DNA from: Octopus sinensis
Taxonomy: Eukaryota
Assembly: GCF_006345805.1 (NCBI RefSeq)
Contig: NC_043000.1
Coordinates: forward strand, 1,488,001 to 1,552,000
DNA: 64,000 bases
Reading direction: 5' to 3'
The notes under the pieces are model-generated. The model worked only from the letters and a program-made list of their open reading frames with translations. It did no database searches and was not told the DNA's origin. The position numbers and the translations under genes are program-made. Below are positions 24,726-37,236 of the stretch, piece by piece. Position 1 is the first letter of the stretch. Each line of letters starts with the position of its first letter.

Positions 24726-25289
24726 ACGTATGTACATGCCGCTGTGTGTGTGTACACTCACAGTCTCGGTAAATCCCATAAAAGATCATGAACTTCTAAA
24801 TTGTTGAAAATGGTTGGCTCTACACCTCACATGAGTGACATCTGTTTTAAATATTTTCTCTGCAATTTGTATGCAAAGTAAAGATGTTTGGACTTTAAAC
24901 TCAAAACACTAACACTAAAGTACACATGTGCTTCCAATAATCACTCAATCTGCTAGAAATGCCAGCCAAAATCTCCCTCACTTCACCATTTCCCATCATA
25001 AAAAAACAAATGTAGGAACACATTAGATTATGTAATTCTAGATTCATTATGTCAGCATGCACTGCTCTTACATCAACTGTATTAAGAGCCTGCCTTATAG
25101 TTTTGGTAAAGGTATGGTAGTAGTTACAAGCAAATGGAAGAAATTAAAGCAGTTAATGCCTCTGTTAACAACAAAGGATTTTTCCCTCCATGCAAAAGAC
25201 AAACTGTATAATATACATTTAAGAAATATGATGGTGAGGACATATGGCCTAGTGACTAGGATGTTACACTCTTATGATTGTGATTTCGA

Positions 25290-25718
25290 TTCCTGGATCG
25301 TTGCCGATGCCAACGCCGCCTCGACTGGCTTCCGTGTCGGTGGCACGTAAAAAGCACCATCCGAATCGTGGCCGAAGCCAGTGCCGCCTCGACTGGCTTC
25401 CGTGTCGGTGGCACGTAAAAAGCACCATCCGAATCGTAGCCGAAGCCAGTGCCGCCTCGACTGGCTTCCATAAAATGCACCAATCCGACCGTGGCCGATG
25501 CCAGCCTCGCCTGGCACCAGTGCAGGAGGCACGTAAAAAGCACCCACTACACTCACGGAGTGGATGGCATTAGGAAGGGCATCCAGCTGTAGAAACTTTG
25601 CCAGATAAGACCGGAGCCTGGTGCAGCCTTCTGGCTTCCCAGATCCCCGGTCGAACCGTCCAACCCATGCTAGCATGGAGAACGGACGTTAAACGATGAT
25701 GATGATGATGATGATGTT
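25290..25718 (+). mobile_element. RTE LINE 3' UTR copy
   Basis: Internal units plus (GAT)n tail. Confidence 0.85.
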
Positions 25719-26406
25719 GCTTTACTTCACTCAACTCTAAATGAACTCCAGTAATATCTGGGAAGTTAATCCTATGACAGGCCAGCATCTGGTTCAAAAC
25801 AGGGGTTGTAATATTGGTTTCAAATTTTGGCACAAGGCCAGCAATTTCGCGGGAGGAGTTAAGCCAACTACATTGACTCCAGTGCTCAACTGGTGCTTAT
25901 TTTATCGACCCCAAAAGGATGAAAGGCAAAGTCAACCTCAGCAGAGTTTGAACTCAGAATGTAAGGATGGATGAAAAACCATTAAGCAATTTGCCCAGCA
26001 TATAACAACTCTGCCAGCTTGCCATCTTGGAAAGGGTTGCAATATCAGTCAGCTGTACTCTTCTTTTCCACTTTGGCCCAAATCATTTTTAACTAAATCA
26101 TCTTCTTATTGTCACGGAGGCCTTCCAAGTGGCCTTTCTAATCTCTTAGACTCCACTCAGTAATTGATAGCTCCACTCAGTAACTGATAGCTCTACTCAG
26201 TAATGGATAGCTCCGCTCAACATCAACAGGGATCATCACTTGTTATGGGGTGAGGATCATGATCAATGAAATCAGTGTGAAGGCCTCATGCATCTTGGTG
26301 AAGAATCAACATGCCAATGTCTTTGACGTGATGCAGTTACAGGATGCTATCAGGTGAAAAGATTTTGGAGCTGTTAGGGAAACAGAAAACTATGAAGTAG
26401 AGCTTG

Positions 26407-26439
<33 letters not shown>

Positions 26440-26444
26440 TCTTT

Positions 26445-27031
26445 TCTTTTATTTGTTTCAGTCATTTGACTGCGGCCATGCTGGAGCACCGTCTTTAGTT
26501 GAGCAAATCGACCCCAGGATTTATTCTTTGTAAATCTAGTACTTATTCTATCGGTCTCTCTTGCCAAACCACTAAGTGACGGGGATGTAAACACACCAGC
26601 ATCGGTTATCAAGCGATGTTGGGGGGACAAACACAGACACACAAACATATGCACATATATATATATACGATGGGCTTCTTTCAGTTTCCGTCTACCAAAT
26701 CCACTCACAAGGCTTTTGTCGGCCCGAGGCTATAGTAGAAAACACTTGCCCAAGGTGCCAAGCAGTGGGACTGAACCCGGAACCATGTGGTTGGTAAGCA
26801 AGCTACTTACCACACAGCCGCTCCTGCGCCTATACATATACATATATATATACATATATATATATACGCCAGGGTTCTTTCAATTTCCGTCTACCAAATC
26901 CACTCACAAGGCTTTGGTCGGCTCAAGGCTATAGTAGAAGGCATTTGCTCAAGGTGCCATGCAGCAGGAAGGAACCCGGAACCATGTGGTTGGTAAGCAA
27001 GCTACTTACCACACAGCCGCTCCTGCGCCTA
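26445..27031 (-). mobile_element. SINE family A with tandemly duplicated head (26872-27031)
   Basis: Both heads share the private variant gccgctcctgcgcc. Confidence 0.85.
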
Positions 27032-27539
27032 TATATTTTAATTTTGTAATCCCTTGTGGCTAATAAAGAAAATAGTATTGTTGTTGTTGTTGTTGTTTTT
27101 TATTCCCCCGTTAATTAAAAAGCAGGTTGTCCATAGAAAAATAAAGTAACTGTCTCGTCAGACAGAAATTATGGTATCATTATACCAAAGCATATTAATA
27201 GGATTTTGTTGTCTCAGAGCTAATCGTTAAAAATAACCTAAATTGAAACAAAGTCAATAGACCGAAATATGCATTCGAACCGTTTAGAAAATTATTTTAT
27301 TTGATAAAAAAAAAATAGTAATAAATAAGGAAATATAAAATTGTTATTTTAACCAATTTGTGAACTTCAAAGCTTTATAAAGTAACTATATTTGTTATGA
27401 CTGTGAAGTGATATTTCTTCCTTTGTGCAATTTGAAGCATTGTGCTACTTACACCACTCACCTAACAAATTTGTGGTTTTGTGCTCTTGTAACAAAAAAA
27501 AATTATTATCAATAACAATAATAATAGTAATAATAATAA

Positions 27540-27781
27540 TAACAACAACAACAACAATAATAATAATAATCCTTTCTATTATAGGCACAAGGCCTGAAAT
27601 TTAGGGGAGGGGGATAATCGATTACGTCGACCCCAGTATGCAATTGGTACTTAATTTATCGACCCTGAAAGGATGAAGAGCAAAATCAACCTTGTCAGAA
27701 TTTGAACTCAGAACATAGCAACAAGCAAAACACCGCTAAGCATTTCATCCAGTGTGCTAACAATTCTGCCAGCTCGCAACC

Positions 27782-27834
<53 letters not shown>

Positions 27835-28060
27835 CCTTTCTACAATAGGCACAAGGCCTGAAATTTTGGGGTAAAGGGGAAGTCGATCACATCAACCCCA
27901 GTACTTCACTGGTACTTAGTTTATCAACCCCGAAAGGACGAAAGGCAAAGTTAACCTCGACGGAGTTTAACTCACAATGTAGTGACGGGAAAAATATTGC
28001 TAAGCATGTCATACAGCATGCTAACAATTCTGCCAGCTCAACACCTTTTTAATAATAATA
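27540..28060 (-). mobile_element. two tandem SINE family B copies separated by (AAT)n
   Basis: Each has ctggcagaattgttagc...gagttcaaatt...cctttcaggggtcgataa on the minus strand. Confidence 0.8.
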
Positions 28061-28064
28061 ATAA

Positions 28065-28461
28065 TAATGTGTGTGAATGAAGACAGTTGCACCAAGAGGT
28101 GCTGATCTCTAATTGCAGAGGGATGATGTGGAATGGGTAGACCCAGGAAGATGTGGGTCAAAGTGGTGAGAAAGGATCTACAGACATTGAAACTCACAGG
28201 GGGGATGACAAGGGACCAAGACTCCTGGTGGTTTACTGTACTAGAAAAGCCACATGAAGCTAAGCGAAAACATGGTTGTCTTGCATACAGTAAACCACCA
28301 GGAGTCTTGGTCCCTTGTCATCCCCCCTGTGAGTTTCAACATCTGTAGATCCTTTCTCACCACTTTGACCCACACCTTCCAGGGTCTACCCATTCCACAT
28401 CATCCCTCTGCAATTAGAGATCAGCACCTCTTGGTGCAACTGTCTTCATTCACACACATTA
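28065..28461. repeat. 176-bp-arm inverted duplication of a decayed RTE fragment
   Basis: Arms 28065-28240 and 28286-28461, ~4 mismatches. Confidence 0.93.
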
Positions 28462-28721
28462 CATGGCCATACCAGCACAGTTTTCTCACTTGCACACTCT
28501 TGAAAAAAAAACAACATGTTGAATAAGGTGGTCCCAAGTTCATTGCACATAGAAAAAAAAAGGATGAGATTGTCATGACTGGAATACCTTTGATCATAGC
28601 TCTGCTCAATCAGAGCTGACCCAGGGTTAAACAACAAAATTTTACTATTCAGACACACCACATAACCCTTATTTACTCTAGTTATAATTGTCTCCAAGTT
28701 TACTCTACATATCTTCTATTT

Positions 28722-28983
28722 TTTACTTGTATCAGTCATTGGACTGCAGCCATGCTGGGGCACAGCCTTGGAGGGGTTTTGTTGAATAAATTGAACCCAA
28801 AATGTATTTAAAACTTCTAAGCATGGTAATTATTCTCCAAAACTCTTTTGCCAAACTGCTAAGTTATGGGGACGTTAATGAACCAGCACCGATTGTCAAG
28901 AAATGGTGGAGAACAGACACTAGTGCACATGCACACACACACACACACTCTCGCGCGCACACACACACACACACACACTCTCT

Positions 28984-29014
<31 letters not shown>

Positions 29015-29372
29015 TCTCGCGCGCACGCACACACACACACACACACACTCTCGCGCACACACACACTCTCGCACACACACACACACACTCTCGCGCACAC
29101 ACACACTCTCGCACACACACACACACACACGCACATATGTACGCATGCACACACACACACATGCACCCACACACACATGCACATGCACACACACACAAAT
29201 ATATTGTGGGCTTCTTTCAGTTTCCATTTATCAAATCTACTCACAAGGCTTTGGTCGACCCAGGGCTATAGTAGAAAACACTCGTCAAAGATGATGCTAC
29301 GCAAGTGGGACTGAACCCAAGATCACGTGGTTGGGAAACAAGCTTCTTACCACCACACAGCCATGCCTGTGC
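28722..29372 (-). mobile_element. SINE family A with expanded internal compound (CA/CT/CG) microsatellite
   Basis: Family head and tail flank ~280 bp of repeat. Confidence 0.8.
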
Positions 29373-29699
29373 ATACTGTCAGAGATTGCGGCAACAGAGT
29401 GCAGGTGCACTCTACAAGTGTAGAGTACAGCTGCACTGCACTTTAATGGCTGACTGCCACCATGAATAAGGTACAGTTCAAACTACTAACGGTTAAATTA
29501 AAAAGGATCTCAACTGTAAAACGTAACAAATGTATTTGGAAAAAGTAATAATTCATTCATTGATTTTTATTTTTTAACTACTTTGTAATTTTATTTTGTT
29601 TTTTTGTTTTTGTTTTTGTTTTTGTTTTTGACTTTTTTGTCTTTTGTTCTTGTAATATTTACCCATTTAATAAACCATCTTCATTTACTATCGTCACCA

Positions 29700-29724
29700 T
29701 ATCATCATAGTCATTGTCGCCATC

Positions 29725-29768
<44 letters not shown>

Positions 29769-29953
29769 TACCATCATCACCACTACCACCACCGCCACCA
29801 CCACCACCATCATCATCATAGTGATCTTCATAGTCATCATCATCACCACTCCATTACCACCATCCTCATCCTCCTGATCATCATCATCATCATCATCACA
29901 ACCACCAATACCAGCATCATCATCATCATCACAACCACCACTCAACCATCATC

Positions 29954-30011
<58 letters not shown>

Positions 30012-30136
30012 CCATCATCATCATCGTCATCCTCATCACCACCACTACCATCACCATCATCATTGTCATCGCCAACAACATCGCCATCATCATCCTTGTT
30101 GTCACCCCCATCCTCATCGTCATCCTCTTCATCATT

Positions 30137-30168
<32 letters not shown>

Positions 30169-30399
30169 TACCATCATCACCACTACCACCACCATCATCA
30201 TTGTCATCGCCAACACCATCACCATCATCATTCTTGTTGTCACCCCCATCATCATCGTCATCCTCTTCATCATTATCATCATCATCATCATCATCATCAT
30301 CACCACCACTACCATCACCATCATCATTGTCATCGCCAACAACATCGCCATCATCATCCTTGTTGTCACCCCATCATCATCGTCATCCTCTTCATCATT

Positions 30400-30440
<41 letters not shown>

Positions 30441-30720
30441 CATCACCACCACTACCATCACCATCATCATTGTCATCGCCAACACCATCGCCATCATCAT
30501 CCTTGTTGTCACCCCCATCATCATCGTCATCCTCTTCATCATTATCATCATCATCATCACCACCACTACCATCACCATCATCATTGTCATTGCCAACACC
30601 ATCGCCATCATCATCCTTGTTGTCACCCCCCCATCATCATCGCCATCCTCCTCATCATTATCATCACCACCACCACCAACACCACTACCACCATTTACTA
30701 CCGTCTCTATAACTACTACC
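29700..30720. repeat. (CAT/CAC)n cryptic repeat with ~120-140-bp higher-order unit
   Basis: Marker cattgtcatcgccaaca...ccttgttgtcacccc recurs about 5 times. Confidence 0.9.
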
Positions 30721-31020
30721 ACTTTCTTCAAAAGAGAGGGCGGGGGCTGATTCATCAAATACACTTAGTATTCTGTAACCTAGGTCGGTTGTGGCAATCA
30801 TTTTTAGCAGACAATTATAAAAAGTGATTTAAAACAGATTTGCATGAATCCATATCCTCAGGCATCTCTCAGTAAGTGTGACACATTCTCTACAAAATAT
30901 TATGTACCATAATAGATTGAAATTCTAAGAGGAGACAAAAAAAATAACAGAAACAACAACAGAGACAAAGTTCATATTATATATATATGTATATGTGCTC
31001 GTCTGTGTTTGCATGTGTGT

Positions 31021-31067
<47 letters not shown>

Positions 31068-31163
31068 AGTGTGGGTGGATGGGTCTGTGATCATCTATAT
31101 AATAGAGTATCATTTTAATATCCTAATAGGTTTCATTTTTTTTTATTCTCTCTTCCTCTCTCA

Positions 31164-31214
<51 letters not shown>

Positions 31215-31234
31215 TTCCCCATATATATCATACA

Positions 31235-31296
<62 letters not shown>

Positions 31297-31322
31297 ATAT
31301 ATATATGTATATATATATATAT

Positions 31323-31353
<31 letters not shown>

Positions 31354-31354
<1 letters not shown>

Positions 31355-31750
31355 AAGTTAATCCAAACAAGAAACCACAAAAGAAGGCAACAACACGACG
31401 ACATGGAACAAATATAGTATTATTGGACGCTCAGGAAAGAAGGAAAGAAGGAGGGTTTAACGTTTCGAGCAGAGCTCTTCATCGGAAACATAGGAGAAGG
31501 AAAGATCCAGAGAAGGGAAGACAGAGGAAAAAAAATCGCCAACGGTACACACTCAAACATGAATAAAGAGAAAACACAACACGAGGACGTGGAACAAGTA
31601 TAGTGTTATTGGGCGCTCCGGAAAGGAAAGAAAGGGGGAGGATTTAACGTTTCGAGCGGAGCTCTTTGTCAGAAACATAGAAAAGGGAAAGGTCCAAGGA
31701 AGGGAAGACGGAGAAAGAAAATCGCCAACAATACACATGCAGTCACATTG
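31354..31750 (-). mobile_element. two tandem 187-bp units each with a hammerhead-like motif (Penelope/retrozyme-like)
   Basis: Motifs at 31455-31489 and 31642-31676; third copy 33623-33828. Confidence 0.65.
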
Positions 31751-32431
31751 AAAATGTATGTATATATGTATGTATGTATGTGTATATGTATGTATGTAAA
31801 TGCATATATATATGCATTTACATACATACATAAGACAAAAGCTATATGACATCCAAGATCAGTTTGGTCTCATTTTAAAAAGAATCAACAGGCAATCAGT
31901 AAACATATGTAGATGATAAAATGATTCAATGTATAAAGTTGTACAGTTTACCCATATGAAATTTAAAATTTTTCAAAATGAGGAGATCCAATTTCAGGAA
32001 TGTACAAAACAGAAATTGAAACAACACCTATATTTCCCTCAAATCACAACCTGCCATCTAAAAACAAGAAACAGATGAAATAATTACGGAGATGTACTTG
32101 CATAGCAAGTGACCTGATCTGAGATCATGTGCTGGAACGAAAACAATTGCAGCGTGGAAGGTGTTTATAAGCCATTTAAGAAGCACACAAAAAACGTTAG
32201 ATTCACTTCAACTTTTAAATTTAATTTGCCAAAATATGTTCGTCGCTTTGAGACCGTGACCTGTTCACTGACAAAATTCCGTCCAGCACTCTGTTTGAAA
32301 ACTAAGGTAAAGACGTCAGAGCAACAACACCTTATACAAGTCAGCTCCAATGGAACCATCTTTGGGCTTTATAACAACAACAGCAACAACAATAACAGCA
32401 ACAGCAACAACTAATACAACAGAATACTATT

Positions 32432-32848
32432 GAGGTGCAGAAGTGGCTGTGTGGTAAGTAGCTTGTTTACCAACCACATGGTTCCGAGTTCAGTCCCACT
32501 GTGTGGCAACTTGGGCAAGTGTCTTCTACTATAGCCTCGGGCCGACCAAAGCTTTGTGAGTGGATTTGGTAGACGGAAACTGAAAGAAGCCTGTCGTATA
32601 TATATATATATATATATATATGCGTGTGTGTGTTTGTGTGTCTGTGTTTGTCTCCCTAGCATTGCTTGACAACCGATGCTGGTGTGTTTATGTCCCCGTT
32701 ACTTAGCGGTTCGGCAAAAAGAGACCGCTAGAATAAGTACTGGGCTTACAAAAGGATAAGTCCCGGGGTCGAGTTGCTCAATTAAAGGTGGTGCTCCAGC
32801 ATGGTCGCAGTCAAATGACTGAAACAAGTAAAAGAGTGTAAAAGAGAT
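32432..32848 (+). mobile_element. SINE family A
   Basis: Family match. Confidence 0.88.
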
Positions 32849-33246
32849 ATTTAAATTAAAGAACATGGATCTTCATTGGTCTTGATTAGTAACTAAATAC
32901 TAATCATCAAATGTACTACCAACTCATTTAGTTAAAATATAATGTAAATGACCGAGTATTCTGCAGTGCAGTCAGGTCAAGGATCTCCTCACAAGCTGAT
33001 GAGACTTGCTACTGGTACCATGCAAACCAGTTCTACCTGTTCCATGGTCAGGTGTTCGGTGACTAAACCAGTTTCCCAACTTGAGTAGCTTGCTACTCTT
33101 TTGAGGAGTGTGTCTGGACACCCAGCAGAACTAAAAACAAGACCTTGTCTTCCTCAATACTGCTGACTGGCCAAAACCAACCTTTTAAGCATTGCTGGTT
33201 TAAATTTTAGAGTCTGCGTCTTTCCAGACTTATGAACTACTGACCG

Positions 33247-33282
<36 letters not shown>

Positions 33283-33590
33283 GTGAGGAGGTACATCGCC
33301 TAGTGGTTAGAGCAGCAGACTCGCGGTCGAGGGATCGCGGGCTCGAATCTCAGACCGGGCGATGTGTGTGTTTATGAGCGAAACACCTAAACTCCACATG
33401 GCTCCGGCAGAAGGTAATGGCGAAGTTCTGCTGACGCTTTGCCACAACTTTCTCTCACTCTTTCCTCCTCTATCTTGCAGCTCACCTGCAACAGACCTCC
33501 ATCCCATCCAGTTGAGGAACCTATATGCCAAGGAAACCGGGAAACCGGCCCTTATGAGCCAGGCTTGGCTCGAGAAGGAACAAACAAACA
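33283..33590 (+). mobile_element. SINE family C
   Basis: Family match to 22360-22660. Confidence 0.85.
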
Positions 33591-33623
<33 letters not shown>

Positions 33624-33718
33624 AAGTTAATCCAAACAAGAAAACAAAAAACAACAACGCAAAGATGTGGAACAAATAAAGTATTATTGGACGCTCAGGA
33701 AAGAAGGGAAGAAGGAGG

Positions 33719-33753
33719 ATTTGACGTTTCGAGCGGAGCTCTTCGTCGGAAAC
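33719..33753 (-). ncRNA. minimal type I hammerhead ribozyme-like motif
   Basis: Minus strand GTTT-CCGACGA-A-GAGC(tcc)GCTC-GAA-ACGT-C-AAAT: stem I, variant core, stem II, palindromic ACGU, GUC triplet. Confidence 0.55.
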
Positions 33754-33856
33754 ATAGGAGAAAGAAACATCCCGAGATGGGAAGGACAGAGGAAAAAAAA
33801 ATTGCAGGTAGTCTACACGAGGTCACATACTGCTCTAACCACTAGGCGATGTACCT

Positions 33857-33899
<43 letters not shown>

Positions 33900-34787
33900 C
33901 GAGGTATAGTTAAAAAGTATCCAACCTTGATTTTTTTTTGCACAAAATAATAATGCATGAGCAAAATGGACATGGGTTTTAGGGGGCCACATCCTTCCTG
34001 AGCATGCGCAAAAATGTTCACGTCTGTAGGCTGTGCCATTCATCCGCAGTGACGTGTTAAGTACAGACGTGAACAGTGTGCTGTGCAATTATTCACTTTG
34101 AGTCAAGATGGCCGAACACATTGAATAAAGATAACTGTATGAAATTCTGCCAAAAACTTGGTGATATGCAAGCCCAGACTATCAAGAAAATTCAGAAGGC
34201 CTTTGGAGATGATGCTATGGGAAAAAACACAAATAAAGGAGTGGTACAACTGGTTCAGAGATGCCTGCTCCTCCGTGGACAGTGACTCATGAATAGGCGT
34301 CACAAGATCAGACAATTAACAAAGAATACTACTTAGGGGTTCTTTGTCACCTTTGTGAAGCAGTGCAGCAAAAATGACCTGACCTGTGGACAGCAAAGAA
34401 CTGGTAACTCCACCATGGCAACACACCTGCTCATTCTGCCCATGTCGTCCAAGCATTCCTCATCAAGCAAAACACACCACTTGTTCATCAGGCTTCCTAC
34501 TCCTCAGACTTGGCTCCATGTAACTTTTGGCTATTCCCAAAGCTCAAAAGAATAATCAAAGGCAGAAGATTTGAGTCAACAGAGATCATTTAGCAAGATT
34601 CAATGGCACAGCTCAACAGCATCCCAAAAAGTGATTTCCAGAAATGTTTCCATCAGTGGCAGGAATGCTGCTGGAAGTTTGTAAACTCCAAGCATGAATA
34701 TTGTGAAGGCAACTAAATCAAAATGGTGTGTTTTTTGATATTACTTGTTTTTTGGCCAAAGGTTGGATACTTTTTGACTAAACCGTG
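33900..34787 (+). mobile_element. internally deleted mariner element (888 bp)
   Basis: TA flanks; TIR ...aaaaagtatccaacct; decayed transposase CMKFCQKLGDMQAQTIKKIQKAFGDDA and LHHGNTPAHSA...YSSDLAPCNFWLFPKLK. Confidence 0.92.
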
Positions 34788-34790
34788 TAT

Positions 34791-34844
<54 letters not shown>

Positions 34845-34846
<2 letters not shown>

Positions 34847-35147
34847 ATGTTTGTTCCTTCTCGGGCCATGCCTGGCTCATAGGGCTGGTTTCCCAGTTTC
34901 CTTGGCATATAGGTTCCCCACCTGGATGGGATGCTGGTCCATCGCAGGTGAGCTGCAAGATGCAGGAGGAAAGAGTGAGAGAAAGTTGTGGTGAAAGAGT
35001 CAGCAGTTCACCATTACCTTCTGCCAGAGCCACATGGAGCTTAGGTGTTTCGCTCACAAACAAACACATCGCCCAGTCTGAGATTCGAACCCATGATCCC
35101 TCGACCACGAGTCCGCTGCTCTAACCACAAGGCCATATGCCCCCACA
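34845..35147 (-). mobile_element. SINE family C, preceded by (TATC)n
   Basis: Family match. Confidence 0.85.
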
Positions 35148-35149
35148 CA

Positions 35150-35703
35150 TCTATATATATATATACTGAGAAAAGCGAAATTCTGTCTATCTGTCTGGAA
35201 CCCCTATATCTCAGACTACATTTGCTCTACATGGACGTATTATACCTTTTGGAATCATGATGATCTCAGGATTGAAAACCTGTCTTTTATTTGGTTCTTG
35301 AACATCTAGCATTGGGATCTGATTTAAAAGCATTTGGGTTGCTATTTCTTGCAGGCAAAGCTTGGCTGATTCTCACCATCCTGCTCAGCATTTGTCAGAT
35401 GACGTCAGAGATCAAAAGGGAGACAAATGATATTCACTTCGTTACTTTTGTCGAGATAAGAACTTTGGGACAAATTAGACAACAGTTGGAATTCAATTTG
35501 GGACTGGAACAATAGAATGATTGCATTACAGAATTAATTCTCATCTGTCCTTAACCTCTGATCAAACAAAACTGGGGCATATAGTCATTAAAGACATATT
35601 ATAGTTATGCTATTTAGCCCTCATTAGTTTTGAGCCACAGGCCCAATTAGCCCTCTGCAGGAGCTAGCTTAAAAGTCCACATGGAGTGCAGCTTTTAAGC
35701 TAG
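35150..35703 (+). mobile_element. non-autonomous Helitron-like element
   Basis: A|TC(TA)n start; 12-bp terminal stem ending in CTAG|T. Confidence 0.65.
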
Positions 35704-35836
35704 TGTATATATATATATATATATATTAAAAATTATATTAAAACTATGTAAGTGTGCATATTTTCCTTTTTTAATTTCTTATATACATTACAACTCACCA
35801 CGTGGGGATAATCGAAATTCCTCTTTTTGTTACTAC

Positions 35837-35914
<78 letters not shown>

Positions 35915-36234
35915 GAATAATGGTAGAAATTGATATTAATCAATTAAAACCAGTGGCCTAGCATATTAAAAAAATCCGAAGATTAAAATATTTTTACATA
36001 CAAAATTTAAAGGACTGACCACTAAAAGTGGACGGTCAACATGCTAGATATAGACGTCAAATCGCTATTTTCCATGAAGAATGTGTTCTCAAATAAAAAC
36101 TCAGCACAAACCAAAGCGTAAAAATAAGCAAGACAAATGAAAATATACAAAATAATAACAATTACCTATGTACCGATCAGTTTCACTTGTTAATATCCAC
36201 GCATATGGATATGTATATATATATATATTATATA

Positions 36235-36830
36235 TGGTGGTGAAGCACGACCTTCGAACTTTAGGCCTCACTGAGGAAATGACCAGCGACCGAGACCTTT
36301 GGAAATATGCTGTACGTGAGAAGACCAGGCAGGACAAGTGAGCCCAGCCCACTTATGCATGCCTTTCCTCCCTTGGACACAAAGACCTGTTGAGGCAAGC
36401 GAAGTTGATATAGAACCTCATCCGACAACAGGCACCCATGCCAACCCCCTTTGCTTGCGAAGACATGTTGGGGCAAACGAAATCAAAATCGAATTGAACC
36501 AGCCAGGACCCCTGGTCTGGTGGTACGTAAAAAGCACTATCCCACTCGTGGCCGATGCCAGCGCCGCCTCGACTGGCTTCCGTGCCGGTGGCACGTAAAA
36601 TACACCAATCCAACCGTGGCCGTTGCCAGCCTCGCCTGGCACCTGTGCAGGTGGCACGTAAAAAGCACCCACTACACTCACGGAGTGGTTGGCGTTAGGA
36701 AGGGCATCCAGCTGTAGAAACATTGCCAGATAAGACCGGAGCCTGGTGCAGCCTCCTGGCTTCCCAGATCCCCGGTCGAACCATCCAACCCATGCTAGCA
36801 TGGAGAACGGACATTAAACGATGATGATGA
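36235..36830 (+). mobile_element. RTE LINE 3' end (last RT codons + UTR + (GAT)n)
   Basis: VVKHDLRTLGLTEEMTSDRDLWKYAVREKTRQDK-stop. Confidence 0.88.
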
Positions 36831-36944
36831 TATATATGTGTATATTCTCTATGATGAAAGCTATATCATATCCTCAACTAGTTTCATCTCATATTTTAAA
36901 CAGAATCATTGACAGACTATCAGTAAACATATTATTTTTATTTA

Positions 36945-37236
36945 TGCACCCTTTTCAAGCCTAGCCAGGCTCACGGGCCCAGTTTCCCGGTTTCTATGGC
37001 GTATGTGTTCCCCGCAACTGGACGGGATGCCAGTCCATCGCAGCATTACTCAAGAAACAGGAAAAAAGAGAGAAAGTTGGGGCAAAATAGGGGTCACCAC
37101 CACCCCCTGCCAGAGCCTTATGGAGCTTTAGATATTTTCGCTCAATAAACACACACAACGCCAGGTCTGGGAATTGAAACCGTGATCTTCCGACCACAAG
37201 TCTGCTGCCCTAACCGCTGGGCCATTGCACCTCCAC
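36945..37236 (-). mobile_element. SINE family C with ~14-bp TSD
   Basis: atcagtaa(a/g)catat at 36919-36932 and 37237-37250. Confidence 0.85.

Noticed and set aside
24212-24789. YI-repeat ORFs on both strands
   Set aside because: Translation of (TA)n.
29604-30827. 407-aa His/Ser-rich ORF
   Set aside because: Product of (CAT)n repeats, which are open in several frames on both strands; no splice or homology support.
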